From contig JBLNDL010000070.1 in NCBI GenBank assembly GCA_050261575.1, positions 1 to 64,000 of the forward strand: DNA of 64,000 nt. The letters run 5' to 3'. This stretch comes from Sphingomonadaceae bacterium. GTDB taxonomy: Bacteria; Chloroflexota; UBA6077. This document shows positions 26,740 through 36,780 of the stretch, in pieces (position 1 is the stretch's first letter; each line of letters begins with the position of its first letter). The notes beneath the pieces were generated by a model that was not told the DNA's origin, ran no database searches, and worked only from the letters and a program-made list of their open reading frames with translations. The position numbers and the translations under genes were made by a program.

Positions 26740-27180
26740 ATGCCCAACCCCACGCTCAATCGGCGGTATCAAAGGCTGATAGACCAACTGGACAAGGTGC
26801 ACGCATCGACTCGAGAGATGTTCCTCTATCTGTTCGCCATGGTAGCGGTGGGGCAGGGAATCATCGAAATGGTTCGGGAGCAGGAGGAAAAGGGGCGTCG
26901 AGTGCTGGTGATGGCCGATCCCCTCAAGAAGCAAGAGTTCAAGGTTGCCTACCCCGAGGGGCTGGACCCCGCATATGCAGATAGGGCTGTAGCCGAGATG
27001 GAGAGACTGCTGAGCGACGACTCCACGGGCACCAGCATGGACCCCATCCTCTTCCGGCAACTGTACGAGGTCCACCCCTGCCGCGGCTGCCGCTATCACG
27101 ACGAGAGCTACTGGCAGATCTGTGCCGAGTGCCACTTCGCTGGCCACCCCATCAACTTCGAGAAGCGTGGAGTAGCCTGA
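26740..27180 (+). CDS. Hypothetical protein with C-terminal CxxC...CxxC
   Basis: GGAAGGA RBS; CRGC and CAEC motifs; codon usage looks native. Confidence 0.65.
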   Translation: MPNPTLNRRYQRLIDQLDKVHASTREMFLYLFAMVAVGQGIIEMVREQEEKGRRVLVMADPLKKQEFKVAYPEGLDPAYADRAVAEMERLLSDDSTGTSMDPILFRQLYEVHPCRGCRYHDESYWQICAECHFAGHPINFEKRGVA

Positions 27181-27356
27181 CCGGTCCAAGGCCACCCGGC
27201 CCCGTCTCTCCGGTCCTCCCATCGAGCGCTGGCCTCAGAGATGGCCGACGTCGGGCTACCTACCCCCGACGATCGTTCAGAGCATCACCCGAGTGCCGAG
27301 GAATGACGGGCAGGCGCTCGGCCAGATACACGAGATCTGATCCCGGCCAAAGTGAA

Positions 27357-27380
27357 GGGGGCGGGCTCGAGCCCGCCCCC
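27357..27380. terminator. Perfect 24-bp palindrome between convergent genes
   Basis: GGGGGCGGGCTCGAGCCCGCCCCC. Confidence 0.45.
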
Positions 27381-27423
27381 ATGCTGCACCCCGATTAGAG
27401 GGCGTCGCCGGCCTCCCGCCCTT

Positions 27424-27909
27424 CTAGTAGACGATGACCGGCGTGCCCAGGTCGGCGAAGTCCCAGAAGAACGCAGAGTCCGCCAACGTCATACCCACGC
27501 AACCGTGGCTCCCAGCCGCGCTCCCGAAGGCCGAGGCCGGGGACCAGTAGTTGTAGTGCAGCGCCGCACCACCGGCGAAATACTGAGTGTACAGCACCCC
27601 GGTCAAGTAGTAGGCGCCGGGCGTGCCATGCGGAATGCCAATGGTGGCGGAGTCCATCGTCTCGTTGAACACCCGGCGGTAGATGCTGAAGGTGCCTTTG
27701 GGAGTCTCCCATCCGGGCACCCCCACCGTGACGAAGGCCGAGTGAACGACCACGCCGTCCTCGACAGCCATCGCGACACCTCGGCTGGTGTCCACCTCAA
27801 TCCAACGACCTCCCGTCTGGGCCGCCGCGGTCCCACCTCCCATCGGCAGGAAGGCCGCCGCAAGGAGAACCACCACAGCGGCCACTACCACGTGAAGTCG
27901 AGCTCTCAT
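27424..27909 (-). CDS. L,D-transpeptidase (YkuD) family protein, secreted
   Basis: Signal peptide, TPKGTF, ALH...SHGCV catalytic motif. Confidence 0.9.
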   Translation of the reverse strand: MRARLHVVVAAVVVLLAAAFLPMGGGTAAAQTGGRWIEVDTSRGVAMAVEDGVVVHSAFVTVGVPGWETPKGTFSIYRRVFNETMDSATIGIPHGTPGAYYLTGVLYTQYFAGGAALHYNYWSPASAFGSAAGSHGCVGMTLADSAFFWDFADLGTPVIVY

Positions 27910-28023
27910 TGCCTCTCTCCCTCTTTGGAGTCTCGCAGGGGATCGCGGCCCCGATGCCATCTGCGCTTCTGCTGGGGCCACGCTGCCCCCGCTCCGGCCC
28001 GTGCCGGAAGACGTGGAGATTGG

Positions 28024-28038
28024 GCAAGGGGTGTGCCA
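28024..28038 (-). promoter_or_regulatory. sigma54-type -24/-12 promoter motif
   Basis: TGGCAC-ACCCC-TTGC on the minus strand, upstream of the L,D-transpeptidase. Confidence 0.65.
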
Positions 28039-28067
28039 GGAAGGGAACGACGGGGCACAGAACCAGA

Positions 28068-28100
28068 GTGGCCGCGAGGGCTTGCTCACCTCGCGGCCAC
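28068..28100 (-). terminator. Hairpin downstream of lgt
   Basis: 12-bp stem GTGGCCGCGAGG / CCTCGCGGCCAC. Confidence 0.5.
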
Positions 28101-28147
28101 GTTTCACAGCAGGTCGACGCGGTTCGACGACGGTCGGTCCACCGGCA

Positions 28148-29008
28148 CTACCGGCGTCGCTTCGGCTCCAAGCGGCTCGGACCTTTTGGGGCGGAGGGAC
28201 GGGATGTGTTGCCGATCGCGGGCTTCTCCGGGTGGGCGAGGAGCCACCAGCCCACCACTCCTGCCGTGGCCAGCACCAGCAGCGCCGTGATCTGGGCCTG
28301 CTTGAGCCCCAGTGCCACCACCGGCTCCGAAGCCCGGAGGAAGAACAGTCCTAGCTGGCCCAGCGAGTAGCCCGCCAGGTAGACCGTGAACAGCAGGCCA
28401 GGCCTGCGCAGCCGATGGCGCAGCGACCACAGCACACCGAAGAGGACCAGGTTGAACATCAACTCGTACACCGCGGCGGGATGGTAGGCCACGGTGTGGT
28501 CCGCCACGAAGGAGTTAGGATGGGCATACACGAAACCCCACGGCAGGGTGGTGGGGGGGCCCACGATGTCGCCGTTGACGATGTTGCCGATTCGCCCGAA
28601 GGCCTGGCCGACGACCGCAAAGAGGGCACCGGCGTCCAAGATGGTCCAAACGGACATCTTACGCCTCCTGGCAACGACCACCAGAGCGATCACCACACCG
28701 AAGATGGCGCCGTAGAAGGCCATGCCGCCTTCCCAGGTAGCCACTATCCGCCACGGCTCCGCGAGATAGGGGCCAAGCGGCTGCTGCACCACGTAGTAGA
28801 GGCGCGCCCCAACGAAGCCGGCCACGATGGACGGCCACACCGCGGCCCAGATATCGTCGTCGCCGAGCCCCCGCTGCCGGGCGAAGGGGTAGGCTATCAG
28901 CAGCCCGACGATGATCCCCACGTCGTACATGAGCCCGTACCACCGAACGGCGAAGGGGCCTATCTGCGCGAGAATCGGGTCGATGTCGATCACGATGAAG
29001 GCAGGCAT
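28148..29008 (-). CDS. lgt: Prolipoprotein diacylglyceryl transferase
   Basis: RWYGLMY, GARLYY, WEGGMAFYG, GRIGN..NG, HP...YE. Confidence 0.93.
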   Translation of the reverse strand: MPAFIVIDIDPILAQIGPFAVRWYGLMYDVGIIVGLLIAYPFARQRGLGDDDIWAAVWPSIVAGFVGARLYYVVQQPLGPYLAEPWRIVATWEGGMAFYGAIFGVVIALVVVARRRKMSVWTILDAGALFAVVGQAFGRIGNIVNGDIVGPPTTLPWGFVYAHPNSFVADHTVAYHPAAVYELMFNLVLFGVLWSLRHRLRRPGLLFTVYLAGYSLGQLGLFFLRASEPVVALGLKQAQITALLVLATAGVVGWWLLAHPEKPAIGNTSRPSAPKGPSRLEPKRRR

Positions 29009-29152
29009 AACCCTCGTTTCTCCTGTCCCTTTGGTCAGACTGGCAATGATTATAGCACCAGGACCAACCCCTCCTCCCGCTTGGCATGCGCACCCCGCGT
29101 CGGGGGTGCGGCGTAGGCTTCCGAGAGGGCGCCAGAGGCGGGCGGACAGGGC

Positions 29153-30400
29153 CTACTCCGCCAGTTGCGCCCACGCGGCAGCCAGCACCTTGACCCCGGC
29201 CTCGATGTCCTCCGGCCTGGTGTTCTCCTCTGGTGCGTGGCTCACACCGTCGATGGACGGTACGAAGACCATGCCCGTGGGGCTGTAGGGCGCGATGGTC
29301 TGGGCATCGTGCCCCGCACCGCTGGGCATCCTGACCGCAGGCAGCCCCAGAGCCCGCGCGGTGCTCTCCACCATCGACACCATCGCCTCGTCGAGCCGGA
29401 CCGGCACTCCCCTGGTGACCTCCTCTATGGAGATCTCCACGCTTCTCTCCCTGGATATGCGTGCCACCGCATCTCGAACCGTCTGGAGGATGCGATCGAT
29501 GCTCGACTGATCTATGCCCCGAATGTCGGTCAGCACCTCGGCCCAGCCGGGAATGACGTTCCATGCGCCCGGCAGGACGCGTATTGCGGCGGAGGTTGCC
29601 ACCGACTCGTGCTTGCTCTCCTCCACACCGGCTCGCTCCACCGCCGTGATCAGCTCGGCCGCGGCGCTCAGAGCGTCTCGCCGCATTCCCATGGGAGTAG
29701 CCCCAGAATGATCAGCCCTCCCCTGGATCGTTATCCTCCATCGAGTCGCGCCGGGGATGGCGGTAACGATCCCGATGGGGATGCCCCGAGCGTCCAAGCG
29801 CCGCCCCTGCTCGATGTGGAGCTCGAGGTAGCCCTGGAAGTGCCTCCCCCGAGCACGCTGAGGGAGGCTCGCCGCCTCCTCTAGCCGGGCAAGGAGGTCG
29901 ACCTCGGGGTTGCCAAACCGGCGGATTGCGTCCAGGCTGAGCTCACCGGTGTAGAAGAGGGACCCGATACGGCCCTGCCCAAAGAGGGCGGCCTCTTCAC
30001 ACCGCCAGATCACCATCTCCATGGGCGTGCCCGGCCTGAAGCCCGCGGATCTCACCGCTTCGACCGCCTCCAGGGCGCCGATGACGCCCAACACACCGTC
30101 GAGATGTCCGCCGTCCGGCACCGAATCGAGGTGGGATCCGCATCCCAACACGGCCGCACCCTCGGCGTTCCCGTCGGTCGAGCCGAACACGTTGCCCACG
30201 GCATCGTAGGACACCGTCAAGCCCGCATCCTCCATCCATCCCACTACCAACCGTACGGTCTCGCCCTCCACAGGGGTAAAGGCCAGCCTGCTCACACCAC
30301 CTTTGAGGCCGCGAGCCCTCTCTGCCAGGAGGCCGATTCGCTCCATGACCCGGTCGATTCGCACGTGTGAGGCGATCGTTTTCACTTGATCCTTTTCCAT
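29153..30400 (-). CDS. Hydantoinase/carbamoylase family Zn amidohydrolase (N-carbamoyl-L-amino acid hydrolase, M20)
   Basis: GSHLDSVP.GG.LDG, EE, ELHIEQG, DHSG.TPM, SGAGHDA, SHAPEE. Confidence 0.9.
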   Translation of the reverse strand: MEKDQVKTIASHVRIDRVMERIGLLAERARGLKGGVSRLAFTPVEGETVRLVVGWMEDAGLTVSYDAVGNVFGSTDGNAEGAAVLGCGSHLDSVPDGGHLDGVLGVIGALEAVEAVRSAGFRPGTPMEMVIWRCEEAALFGQGRIGSLFYTGELSLDAIRRFGNPEVDLLARLEEAASLPQRARGRHFQGYLELHIEQGRRLDARGIPIGIVTAIPGATRWRITIQGRADHSGATPMGMRRDALSAAAELITAVERAGVEESKHESVATSAAIRVLPGAWNVIPGWAEVLTDIRGIDQSSIDRILQTVRDAVARISRERSVEISIEEVTRGVPVRLDEAMVSMVESTARALGLPAVRMPSGAGHDAQTIAPYSPTGMVFVPSIDGVSHAPEENTRPEDIEAGVKVLAAAWAQLAE

Positions 30401-30492
30401 CAAACCCACCCGGTCCACTAATGATTCGGGTGCAGGCGAAACCCGCCTGCACCCGCCGGCAACCCGTTCACAGGGCTGGCCGCCTGCCTCCA

Positions 30493-30560
30493 AGCAGGCA
30501 TCTCTAGTTGATGTCGACTTCTCTGGCGGGAAACGTGTACTCCATCTGAGGATAGCTGCT
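30493..30560 (+). mobile_element. 68-bp MITE-like element, copy 4 (overlaps the hydantoinase stop codon)
   Basis: AGCAGGCATCTCTAG...GATAGCTGCT; flanks C-CA...TA-G. Confidence 0.75.
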
Positions 30561-31942
30561 TAGCTGCGAGCCTCACGAGGGAGATATCGGCCGTAACCTG
30601 GAGACGCGAGGAGCCTGCCGTTCTCCATCACCATCTTGCCACGCAGCATGGTGGCCATCACCTTCCCCTTGATGGACCAACCCTCGTAGGGAGTGTAGCC
30701 GGCCAGGCTGTGCATCTCCTTGGCTTCGACCTTCCACTCGACGTTGGGATCGAAGATGACCAGGTCGGCGTCGGCGCCCACCGCAATGGCGCCCTTCCTA
30801 GGAGCCAGCCCGAACACTCTGGCCGGAGTCTCGCTCATCAACTCCACCAACCTCGGCAGGTCGATCCTACCCTTCGCCACGCCTTCGCTGTACATCAAAG
30901 GTAGCATGGTTTCGATGGTGGGAGCACCGAAGAAGATCTCCGAGAAGCGCTCCGCCGGCAGGCTCTTGTTGTCAATCGGCCACGGGGCGTGGTCGGAGCC
31001 AACGATCTGGACAGAGCCGTCCATCACCGCGTTCCACACGGCGTCGACGTCGCTCCTCTCCCTCAGCGGCGGCGCGATCTTGGTCTTCCCTCCCTGCCGC
31101 TTCATCTCCTCACAAGTCAAGGTAAGGTAGTGGGGGCAGGTCTCAATGTACACCTTCTGTCCAGACAACTGCGCCTGGTGTGCGATGGAGATACCGCGCC
31201 CGGTGCTCATGTGGACCAGGTACAGAGGGCAGTTGGCCAGTCCTGCTATGGTCAGTGCCCTGAAGGTGGCCTCGGCCTCGGCTGCCGGGGGACGGACGGC
31301 CAGGTAGTTCTCGGGGGTGTAGCGACCCTCGGCCTGGTACTTGTCCTCCAGGTAGTCGATGACGTCGCCGTTCTCAGCGTGGCAGCAGAAGAGGCCGCCG
31401 CGCTTGCCGATGTAATCGAGAGCCTCGTACAGGCTGTAGTCGTCCCACATGATGCCGCGCTTGCGGTAGGCCATGAACATCTTGAAGGTGGTAACGCCCA
31501 GATCGAAGGCATCGTCGAACTGCTTCGTCACGCCCCGCTCCGGCGCCTGCAGCCGGCAGTGCATGGCGAAGTCCACCAGCGACTCCTCCTGCCCCTGATC
31601 CCGAAGTATGGTGAGGAACTCCTTGACCGGCATGCCGATCTTCCCCTGCTGGTAGGGGATCACGGTGGTAACCCCACCGAAGGCAGCGGCCGCACTCATG
31701 CTCTGGTACGAGTCGGCCTGCAGGTTGAAGTTGGCCATGTGCACGTGGGCATCCACCACGCCCGGCATGACGATCTTGCCGGTGGCATCGATGCGCCTGG
31801 CGTTGGACGCCTCTGGTGGCAGCATGCCCGGAGCCAGGATCGCCGCGATGGTTTCCCCGCTGATGGCCACTGTGGCCTCGGTGACCACCCCTCCGGTCAC
31901 GACTCGGCCACCTTCGACAACGACGTCGATTTGTCTGCCCAT
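30560..31942 (-). CDS. Dihydropyrimidinase / D-hydantoinase / allantoinase family cyclic amidohydrolase
   Basis: PG.VDAHVH, GGVTT, FKMFMAY (carbamylated Lys), HAENG, VH.S, ETCPHYL, SDHAP. Confidence 0.9.
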   Translation of the reverse strand: MGRQIDVVVEGGRVVTGGVVTEATVAISGETIAAILAPGMLPPEASNARRIDATGKIVMPGVVDAHVHMANFNLQADSYQSMSAAAAFGGVTTVIPYQQGKIGMPVKEFLTILRDQGQEESLVDFAMHCRLQAPERGVTKQFDDAFDLGVTTFKMFMAYRKRGIMWDDYSLYEALDYIGKRGGLFCCHAENGDVIDYLEDKYQAEGRYTPENYLAVRPPAAEAEATFRALTIAGLANCPLYLVHMSTGRGISIAHQAQLSGQKVYIETCPHYLTLTCEEMKRQGGKTKIAPPLRERSDVDAVWNAVMDGSVQIVGSDHAPWPIDNKSLPAERFSEIFFGAPTIETMLPLMYSEGVAKGRIDLPRLVELMSETPARVFGLAPRKGAIAVGADADLVIFDPNVEWKVEAKEMHSLAGYTPYEGWSIKGKVMATMLRGKMVMENGRLLASPGYGRYLPREARS

Positions 31943-31988
31943 TGCTGCGGGTCCTCCTCAAATACGCATTTTGTGGTCACACGCCATC

Positions 31989-32834
31989 TTAGGCTTGGAG
32001 CGCCTGCTCGTGGTGGGATCGTGACGCCAGCCAGGCAGCAGCCTGGTCAACCGACATCGCCGGCCGCTCGAAGCCGAGTGACAGGGTCAATCGCGACACC
32101 TGCGGTGGCGTAAGGAAAGTCTTGGCCAGTTCGTCGGTGTGCCTGAACACCTCGGCTGGCTCTCCGTCCAGGATCACCCTTCCGTCGCGCACCACTATTG
32201 CACGGCGAGTGCTCTCGGCCAACAGCTCCATGTCGTGGGTGATCAGGATGATAGTGTGTCCGTGGTCGTTCAGGTTCTGGAGCACTGCACGCAATCTCAG
32301 CACCTGCGCCCGGTCCTGCCCTCCCGTGGGCTCGTCCAGCATGAAGATCTGCGGCCGCATCGCCAGCACGCCCGCGATGGCCAACCTCTGGCGCTGCCCG
32401 CGGCTCAGCCGGAACGGATGGATGTCTACCACATCCTTCAGGTCGAGAACCTCGATGGCCTCCTCGACGTTCCTCTCGATGGTGGCCTTGTCCATACCGA
32501 TGTTCTTCGGGCCGAAGGATATCTCCTCGCGGACTGTGTTGGCGAAGATCTGGTGGTCTGGATTCTGGAACACGTACCCCACGTACCGAGCCAGCTTGGA
32601 CACCTGAGTGCCGAGAGTATCCACACCTTTTACCACCACGTGTCCAGAGGTCGGCTTCAGCAGACCGTTGAAGTGCTTGACCAGGGTGGTCTTGCCGGCG
32701 CCGTTCTGTCCGATCACGCCGAGGAACTCTCCCCGCCGGATCTGAAGGTCTATCCCCTTGAGGGCCTTCGCCCCGTTCGGATAAACGTGCTCCAGACCTT
32801 GAACGTCGATAACCACGTCGTTGCCACTAGACAC
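31989..32834 (-). CDS. ECF transporter ATPase (second A component)
   Basis: GQNGAGKTT, VFQNPD.Q, LSRGQ signature, LDEPT, ITHD. Confidence 0.9.
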   Translation of the reverse strand: MSSGNDVVIDVQGLEHVYPNGAKALKGIDLQIRRGEFLGVIGQNGAGKTTLVKHFNGLLKPTSGHVVVKGVDTLGTQVSKLARYVGYVFQNPDHQIFANTVREEISFGPKNIGMDKATIERNVEEAIEVLDLKDVVDIHPFRLSRGQRQRLAIAGVLAMRPQIFMLDEPTGGQDRAQVLRLRAVLQNLNDHGHTIILITHDMELLAESTRRAIVVRDGRVILDGEPAEVFRHTDELAKTFLTPPQVSRLTLSLGFERPAMSVDQAAAWLASRSHHEQALQA

Positions 32835-33648
32835 GGGAGAACACCTCCACTCCTTCCTCCAGGGTCAGTGGAACCTTCGGGCCCAAGTCGAGTCTGTTCT
32901 CCAACTGGAAGTACAGCTCCGTCACCTGCGGAAACCGGATCTTCTCGTCACCCTTGACCCGCCGGTAGAACTCACGCGGTTCGGTCATCAGTTCCAGGTT
33001 GCCGTCCCTCAGGAGGATCATCTTGTCGGCGAGCGGCGCGAGGTGCTCCGGGTCGTTCTCCACTATCACGATTGTCTTCCCCTGCTTCTTCAGCCTGCCC
33101 AGTACTTCGAACACCTCCTCGGTGCCCAGTGGATCCAACTCTCGGGTGGGTTCGTCCATCACCAGGATCTTCGGCTGCATCGCTAGCACGGAGGCGATGG
33201 CCGCGCGCTGCTTCTGCCCGCCCGACAACTCGTGGGACATCCGCCGCCGGAAGTCGCTCATCCGGACGGTCCGAAGCGCATCCTGCAGGCGAGCCTCCAT
33301 CTCGTGGGGCGGAACCAAGAGGTTCTCCATCCCGAAGACGACATCGCCCTCCACGGTCAGGTTGAATAGTTGGTTCTCCGGGTCCTGCAGCACCACGCCA
33401 ACCTTGCGGGAGATGTCTGCGATCTTGTGCTGCTGGGTGTCCATCCCGTCCACCCGCACCGCTCCGCTGAACTTGCCGGGAAGCAGGTGCGGGATGGCGC
33501 CACACAGACACATCAGCAGAGTGCTCTTGCCCTGGCCGAACACCGCTACGAACTCGCCCTCTTCGATGGAGAGGGAGACCTCGTTCAGGATCATCCGAGT
33601 CGTTCCGGAATAGCGGAAACTGACGTTTTCGAACTCAATCAGCGACAT
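32827..33648 (-). CDS. ECF transporter ATPase (first A component) with shortened Walker A
   Basis: VFGQGKST, LQDPENQ, LSGGQKQR, MDEPT; H-switch reads VEND. Confidence 0.85.
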   Translation of the reverse strand: MSLIEFENVSFRYSGTTRMILNEVSLSIEEGEFVAVFGQGKSTLLMCLCGAIPHLLPGKFSGAVRVDGMDTQQHKIADISRKVGVVLQDPENQLFNLTVEGDVVFGMENLLVPPHEMEARLQDALRTVRMSDFRRRMSHELSGGQKQRAAIASVLAMQPKILVMDEPTRELDPLGTEEVFEVLGRLKKQGKTIVIVENDPEHLAPLADKMILLRDGNLELMTEPREFYRRVKGDEKIRFPQVTELYFQLENRLDLGPKVPLTLEEGVEVFSRV

Positions 33649-33650
33649 AG

Positions 33651-34448
33651 TCACAGTATCCCCTGGAAAGTGGCCACCAGAAAGGCGACTGCCACGACGA
33701 CGCTTCCGGCACGAACAGCGATGTCAGCGCTACCTTTCTGCACATCGACGAAAAAGGTTCGCCGAGGATAGGCGTTGAAGGCCTTCAGGTCCATCGCGAG
33801 GGCGATGGTGTTGGCCCTCTTCAGGGCTCCCAGGATAAGGGGGATTGCCAGAGGGAACATCTTGAACATCTTCAGCGCCGGGTTTGTCCGATCGATATCG
33901 TAGCCCCGGGACTTCTGGGCGTTGTTGATGGTGGCCAGCTCGTCCAGCACCAACGGCAGGAAGCGCAGCGCGAGGGCGAAGGTATAGGCGAACTTGAAGG
34001 GAACCCCGAGATCGTAGAGGGCCTTTGTCAGCTTGACCGGGTTCACCACCGTGAAGAAGATGGTCATGATGAGTGCCAGCAGCGCCACCCGCAGGGTAAT
34101 GGCCAGGCCGAGCACGATGCCCGTCATGGAGATCGTGAACCCGATACCGAGCAGGTCGAAGCGAGCGACGATGTTCTCGGGGCTCGACAGTGCTTGGATC
34201 AGTGTGATGAAGAAGCAGAGCGGAAGCACGACCAGCAGCACCGTGAAGGTTCCCTGCTTGGGCATGTCGTCCATGACCACCATCAGGAACAGGAAGCCGA
34301 TCAACGCTGCCAGGGCGAGCAGGTTGAGAGTGGAGAAGGCGATCACCACCGCGCAGGCCACGGCGATCAGCATAGTCGTAGGGTGAAGCCTGGCGAAAAA
34401 GGAAGTCGACTCCTTCTCCATTGCGAACGCGAACAGGAATCTCGGCAT
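33651..34448 (-). CDS. ECF transporter T component
   Basis: LHP, ALRFLP, AQKSRG, A.A..LKAF motifs; AGGAGGTG RBS. Confidence 0.88.
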   Translation of the reverse strand: MPRFLFAFAMEKESTSFFARLHPTTMLIAVACAVVIAFSTLNLLALAALIGFLFLMVVMDDMPKQGTFTVLLVVLPLCFFITLIQALSSPENIVARFDLLGIGFTISMTGIVLGLAITLRVALLALIMTIFFTVVNPVKLTKALYDLGVPFKFAYTFALALRFLPLVLDELATINNAQKSRGYDIDRTNPALKMFKMFPLAIPLILGALKRANTIALAMDLKAFNAYPRRTFFVDVQKGSADIAVRAGSVVVAVAFLVATFQGIL

Positions 34449-34638
34449 CGTCACCTCCTGACCAGTGTTGGGCCCAGTCCAGTTGCCATGCCGGGCGAAG
34501 CGTGGAGGGCCACTCCCGAGATCTGACCCCTCCGCCTCGCTCGACACGGCAAGCCGTCGGCCGGTTCATGCAGACCCTGCAGGATGGCTCACCTAGCGAT
34601 CACGCCGCGAGATTGCCCACCCCACACGAATCGAGCGG

Positions 34639-35241
34639 CTACTCCTCGACGAAACCGGCATCCTTCACGACCTTCAAGAGAGCACGCAGGAAGACCGCCG
34701 GGATGGATAGCGACCAGATGGTCTGGAAGGTGTACATGGCCACCATCTTCTCGACCGGCATCCTGAAGTAGAAGATGTGCATCGGGATGTACAGGATGAT
34801 CAGAAACAGGGAAGCCAGGAAGGCATTCAGGATACAGGCCCTCCAGGTGATCACATTCTTGAACACCCGGCCCGCGATGTAAGCGGACAGCACCTGGCTG
34901 GCGTTGGTGAGCAGCCAGAATGGCGCAATCGGGCTGGTGCCCGTAGCCGTGGCGATCAAGGGGTTGATCTCAGAGACGATGAGGCCGCCCACGACGCCAT
35001 ACATCATGGTACCCAGTCCGATCAGGACGATGGAGATGACTCGGCCGGATACGGGAAAGAGTCCACCGAAGAAGAGCGTATCGAGCCTCTCACCGAACTG
35101 CAGGATACCGATCATGGCGAGGGAGATCATCAACGCACCGACGATGCCCTTGGTGTCGGTGCGACCTGGCCAGGCGCTCAGGGACATCTTGGACAGTGGT
35201 ATTGAGAACCTCGTTTCGTTGACCGCGACAGACTGTGCCAC
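34639..35241 (-). CDS. Probable ECF S (substrate-binding) component
   Basis: 200-aa protein with about six TM helices, immediately upstream of the T-A-A genes. Confidence 0.65.
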   Translation of the reverse strand: MAQSVAVNETRFSIPLSKMSLSAWPGRTDTKGIVGALMISLAMIGILQFGERLDTLFFGGLFPVSGRVISIVLIGLGTMMYGVVGGLIVSEINPLIATATGTSPIAPFWLLTNASQVLSAYIAGRVFKNVITWRACILNAFLASLFLIILYIPMHIFYFRMPVEKMVAMYTFQTIWSLSIPAVFLRALLKVVKDAGFVEE

Positions 35242-35334
35242 TCCAATCCTCCTCAGAATTGCGTTAGCCCCGAGAGATCAGCCGAAGTAGCCAACGGGAC
35301 ACGCTTGCCTCCCGGCACCACCCCCCTTCAAGAC

Positions 35335-36039
35335 CTATTCATCGGCCACGTGACGGGGTCGTTGGTAGAGACAGAGCTTGCTGTGGGAGAGCCCCATGTC
35401 CACCAGCAACTCAGCCATCTTGAGGCCCGCCACGTTGGGATTGATGATGGGTATCCCCAACTCCCGCTGGAGTTCCGCTGCCCAGTCGCCGAGTCCGGCG
35501 CAGCCGAGGATCAGGACCTCGGCCCCCTGGCTCATCGCCTCGCGGGCCCTGGCGAGCGCTACCTCCTTCATCCGGTCCAACGCCCCGGTCGTCTCCACTA
35601 CCGGGATGTCCAGCACGGGGGTGGCTGCCAGCTTGTCGCCGAGGCCGAGACCGGCGGCGTAATGCTTGCGCACCGGCACGCGCCGGGCGAGGGTGGTCAG
35701 CACACCGAAAGCGGACCCCAGCATCGCGGCGAGGTACATCGAGGCTTCCTGGATACCCACCACGGGGATCTCGACCAGTTCTCGGGCAGCTTCGAGGCCG
35801 GGATCGGAGAAGCAGGCTATGACGACGGCGTCGTAGCCCTGCTCGGGGGCCTGGCGGACCAGCCTCAGGAGATGGGGTATGGCACGGCTCTCGTCGTACG
35901 CACACTCCAGCCCCTCCGGCCCCTCCGGCGGGTTCACCACGTCGAGCTCGGTATCTGGCCGCTTGTAAGCGTTTAGCTCCTTGGCGATGGATGCGGTCAT
36001 CGCGCTGGAAGTGTTGGGGTTGATGACGAGGATGCGCAT
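35335..36039 (-). CDS. Hydantoin racemase (Asp/Glu/hydantoin racemase family)
   Basis: INPNTS..MT, IACFSDPG and ILGCAG catalytic cysteines. Confidence 0.9.
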   Translation of the reverse strand: MRILVINPNTSSAMTASIAKELNAYKRPDTELDVVNPPEGPEGLECAYDESRAIPHLLRLVRQAPEQGYDAVVIACFSDPGLEAARELVEIPVVGIQEASMYLAAMLGSAFGVLTTLARRVPVRKHYAAGLGLGDKLAATPVLDIPVVETTGALDRMKEVALARAREAMSQGAEVLILGCAGLGDWAAELQRELGIPIINPNVAGLKMAELLVDMGLSHSKLCLYQRPRHVADE

Positions 36040-36064
36040 GAACGCAGCAGACCTCCTGGAAAAC

Positions 36065-36736
36065 TCAGTCTTCGTCATCGGGCCAGGTCGAGGCCAGCGC
36101 CTCGCCCGAGTCCACGCAATGGTCCTCGATCGCCCGTCGGGCCGCTGCCTCATCCCGATCCCGAATGGCCCGGACGATCGGGACATGCTCTTCCGCCACT
36201 ACGGTGGCGGGATTCAGCCTGTTGCGGAAGGAGAGGATGCGCCGGATCAGGTTGGAGTTCACCTTCCAGCTCCCAATCAGCCGCTGGTGATCGGAGAGCA
36301 AGCAGAGCTGAGTGTGAAAACGCAGATCGGCGGCGCTGAGGGCCGGATAGTCTCCCACTTCCGCCGCCGCCCACATCTCCGCGAGGATACCCTCCAACTC
36401 GGTAGACACCCGCTCGTTTGATCGGGCGATGACCAGCCGCACCGCCAATCCCTCCAGGGCACCGCGAAGGCTGTACAACTCCCGGATGTCTCTCCTCGTG
36501 ATCCTAGAGACGAAGGTGCCCCGGTACGGGACGCTCTCGACCAGCCCCTCTTCCTCCAGTTGCCGCAAGGCCTCGCGAATGGGAGCCCTGCTGATCTGCA
36601 TCTGGGCCGCGATCTCCGCCTGCACCAACTGGTGTCCTGGCTTCAGGGTGCCGTTGAGAATGCTCTCTCGAATGACGTTGAGTACCGAGACGCGAAGCGT
36701 GTTCTGATGGAGCGAGGGGAAGACTTGCTCTGTCAT
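36065..36736 (-). CDS. GntR family (FCD) transcriptional regulator
   Basis: G.LKPG..L.Q..IA....SRAPIREAL..LE.EGLV wHTH; FCD motifs D..FH and EH. Confidence 0.92.
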   Translation of the reverse strand: MTEQVFPSLHQNTLRVSVLNVIRESILNGTLKPGHQLVQAEIAAQMQISRAPIREALRQLEEEGLVESVPYRGTFVSRITRRDIRELYSLRGALEGLAVRLVIARSNERVSTELEGILAEMWAAAEVGDYPALSAADLRFHTQLCLLSDHQRLIGSWKVNSNLIRRILSFRNRLNPATVVAEEHVPIVRAIRDRDEAAARRAIEDHCVDSGEALASTWPDDED

Positions 36737-36780
36737 CGTTGCGCACTCGAAGAAGCGAATTGCCGACTGGAGCCTGGCGA

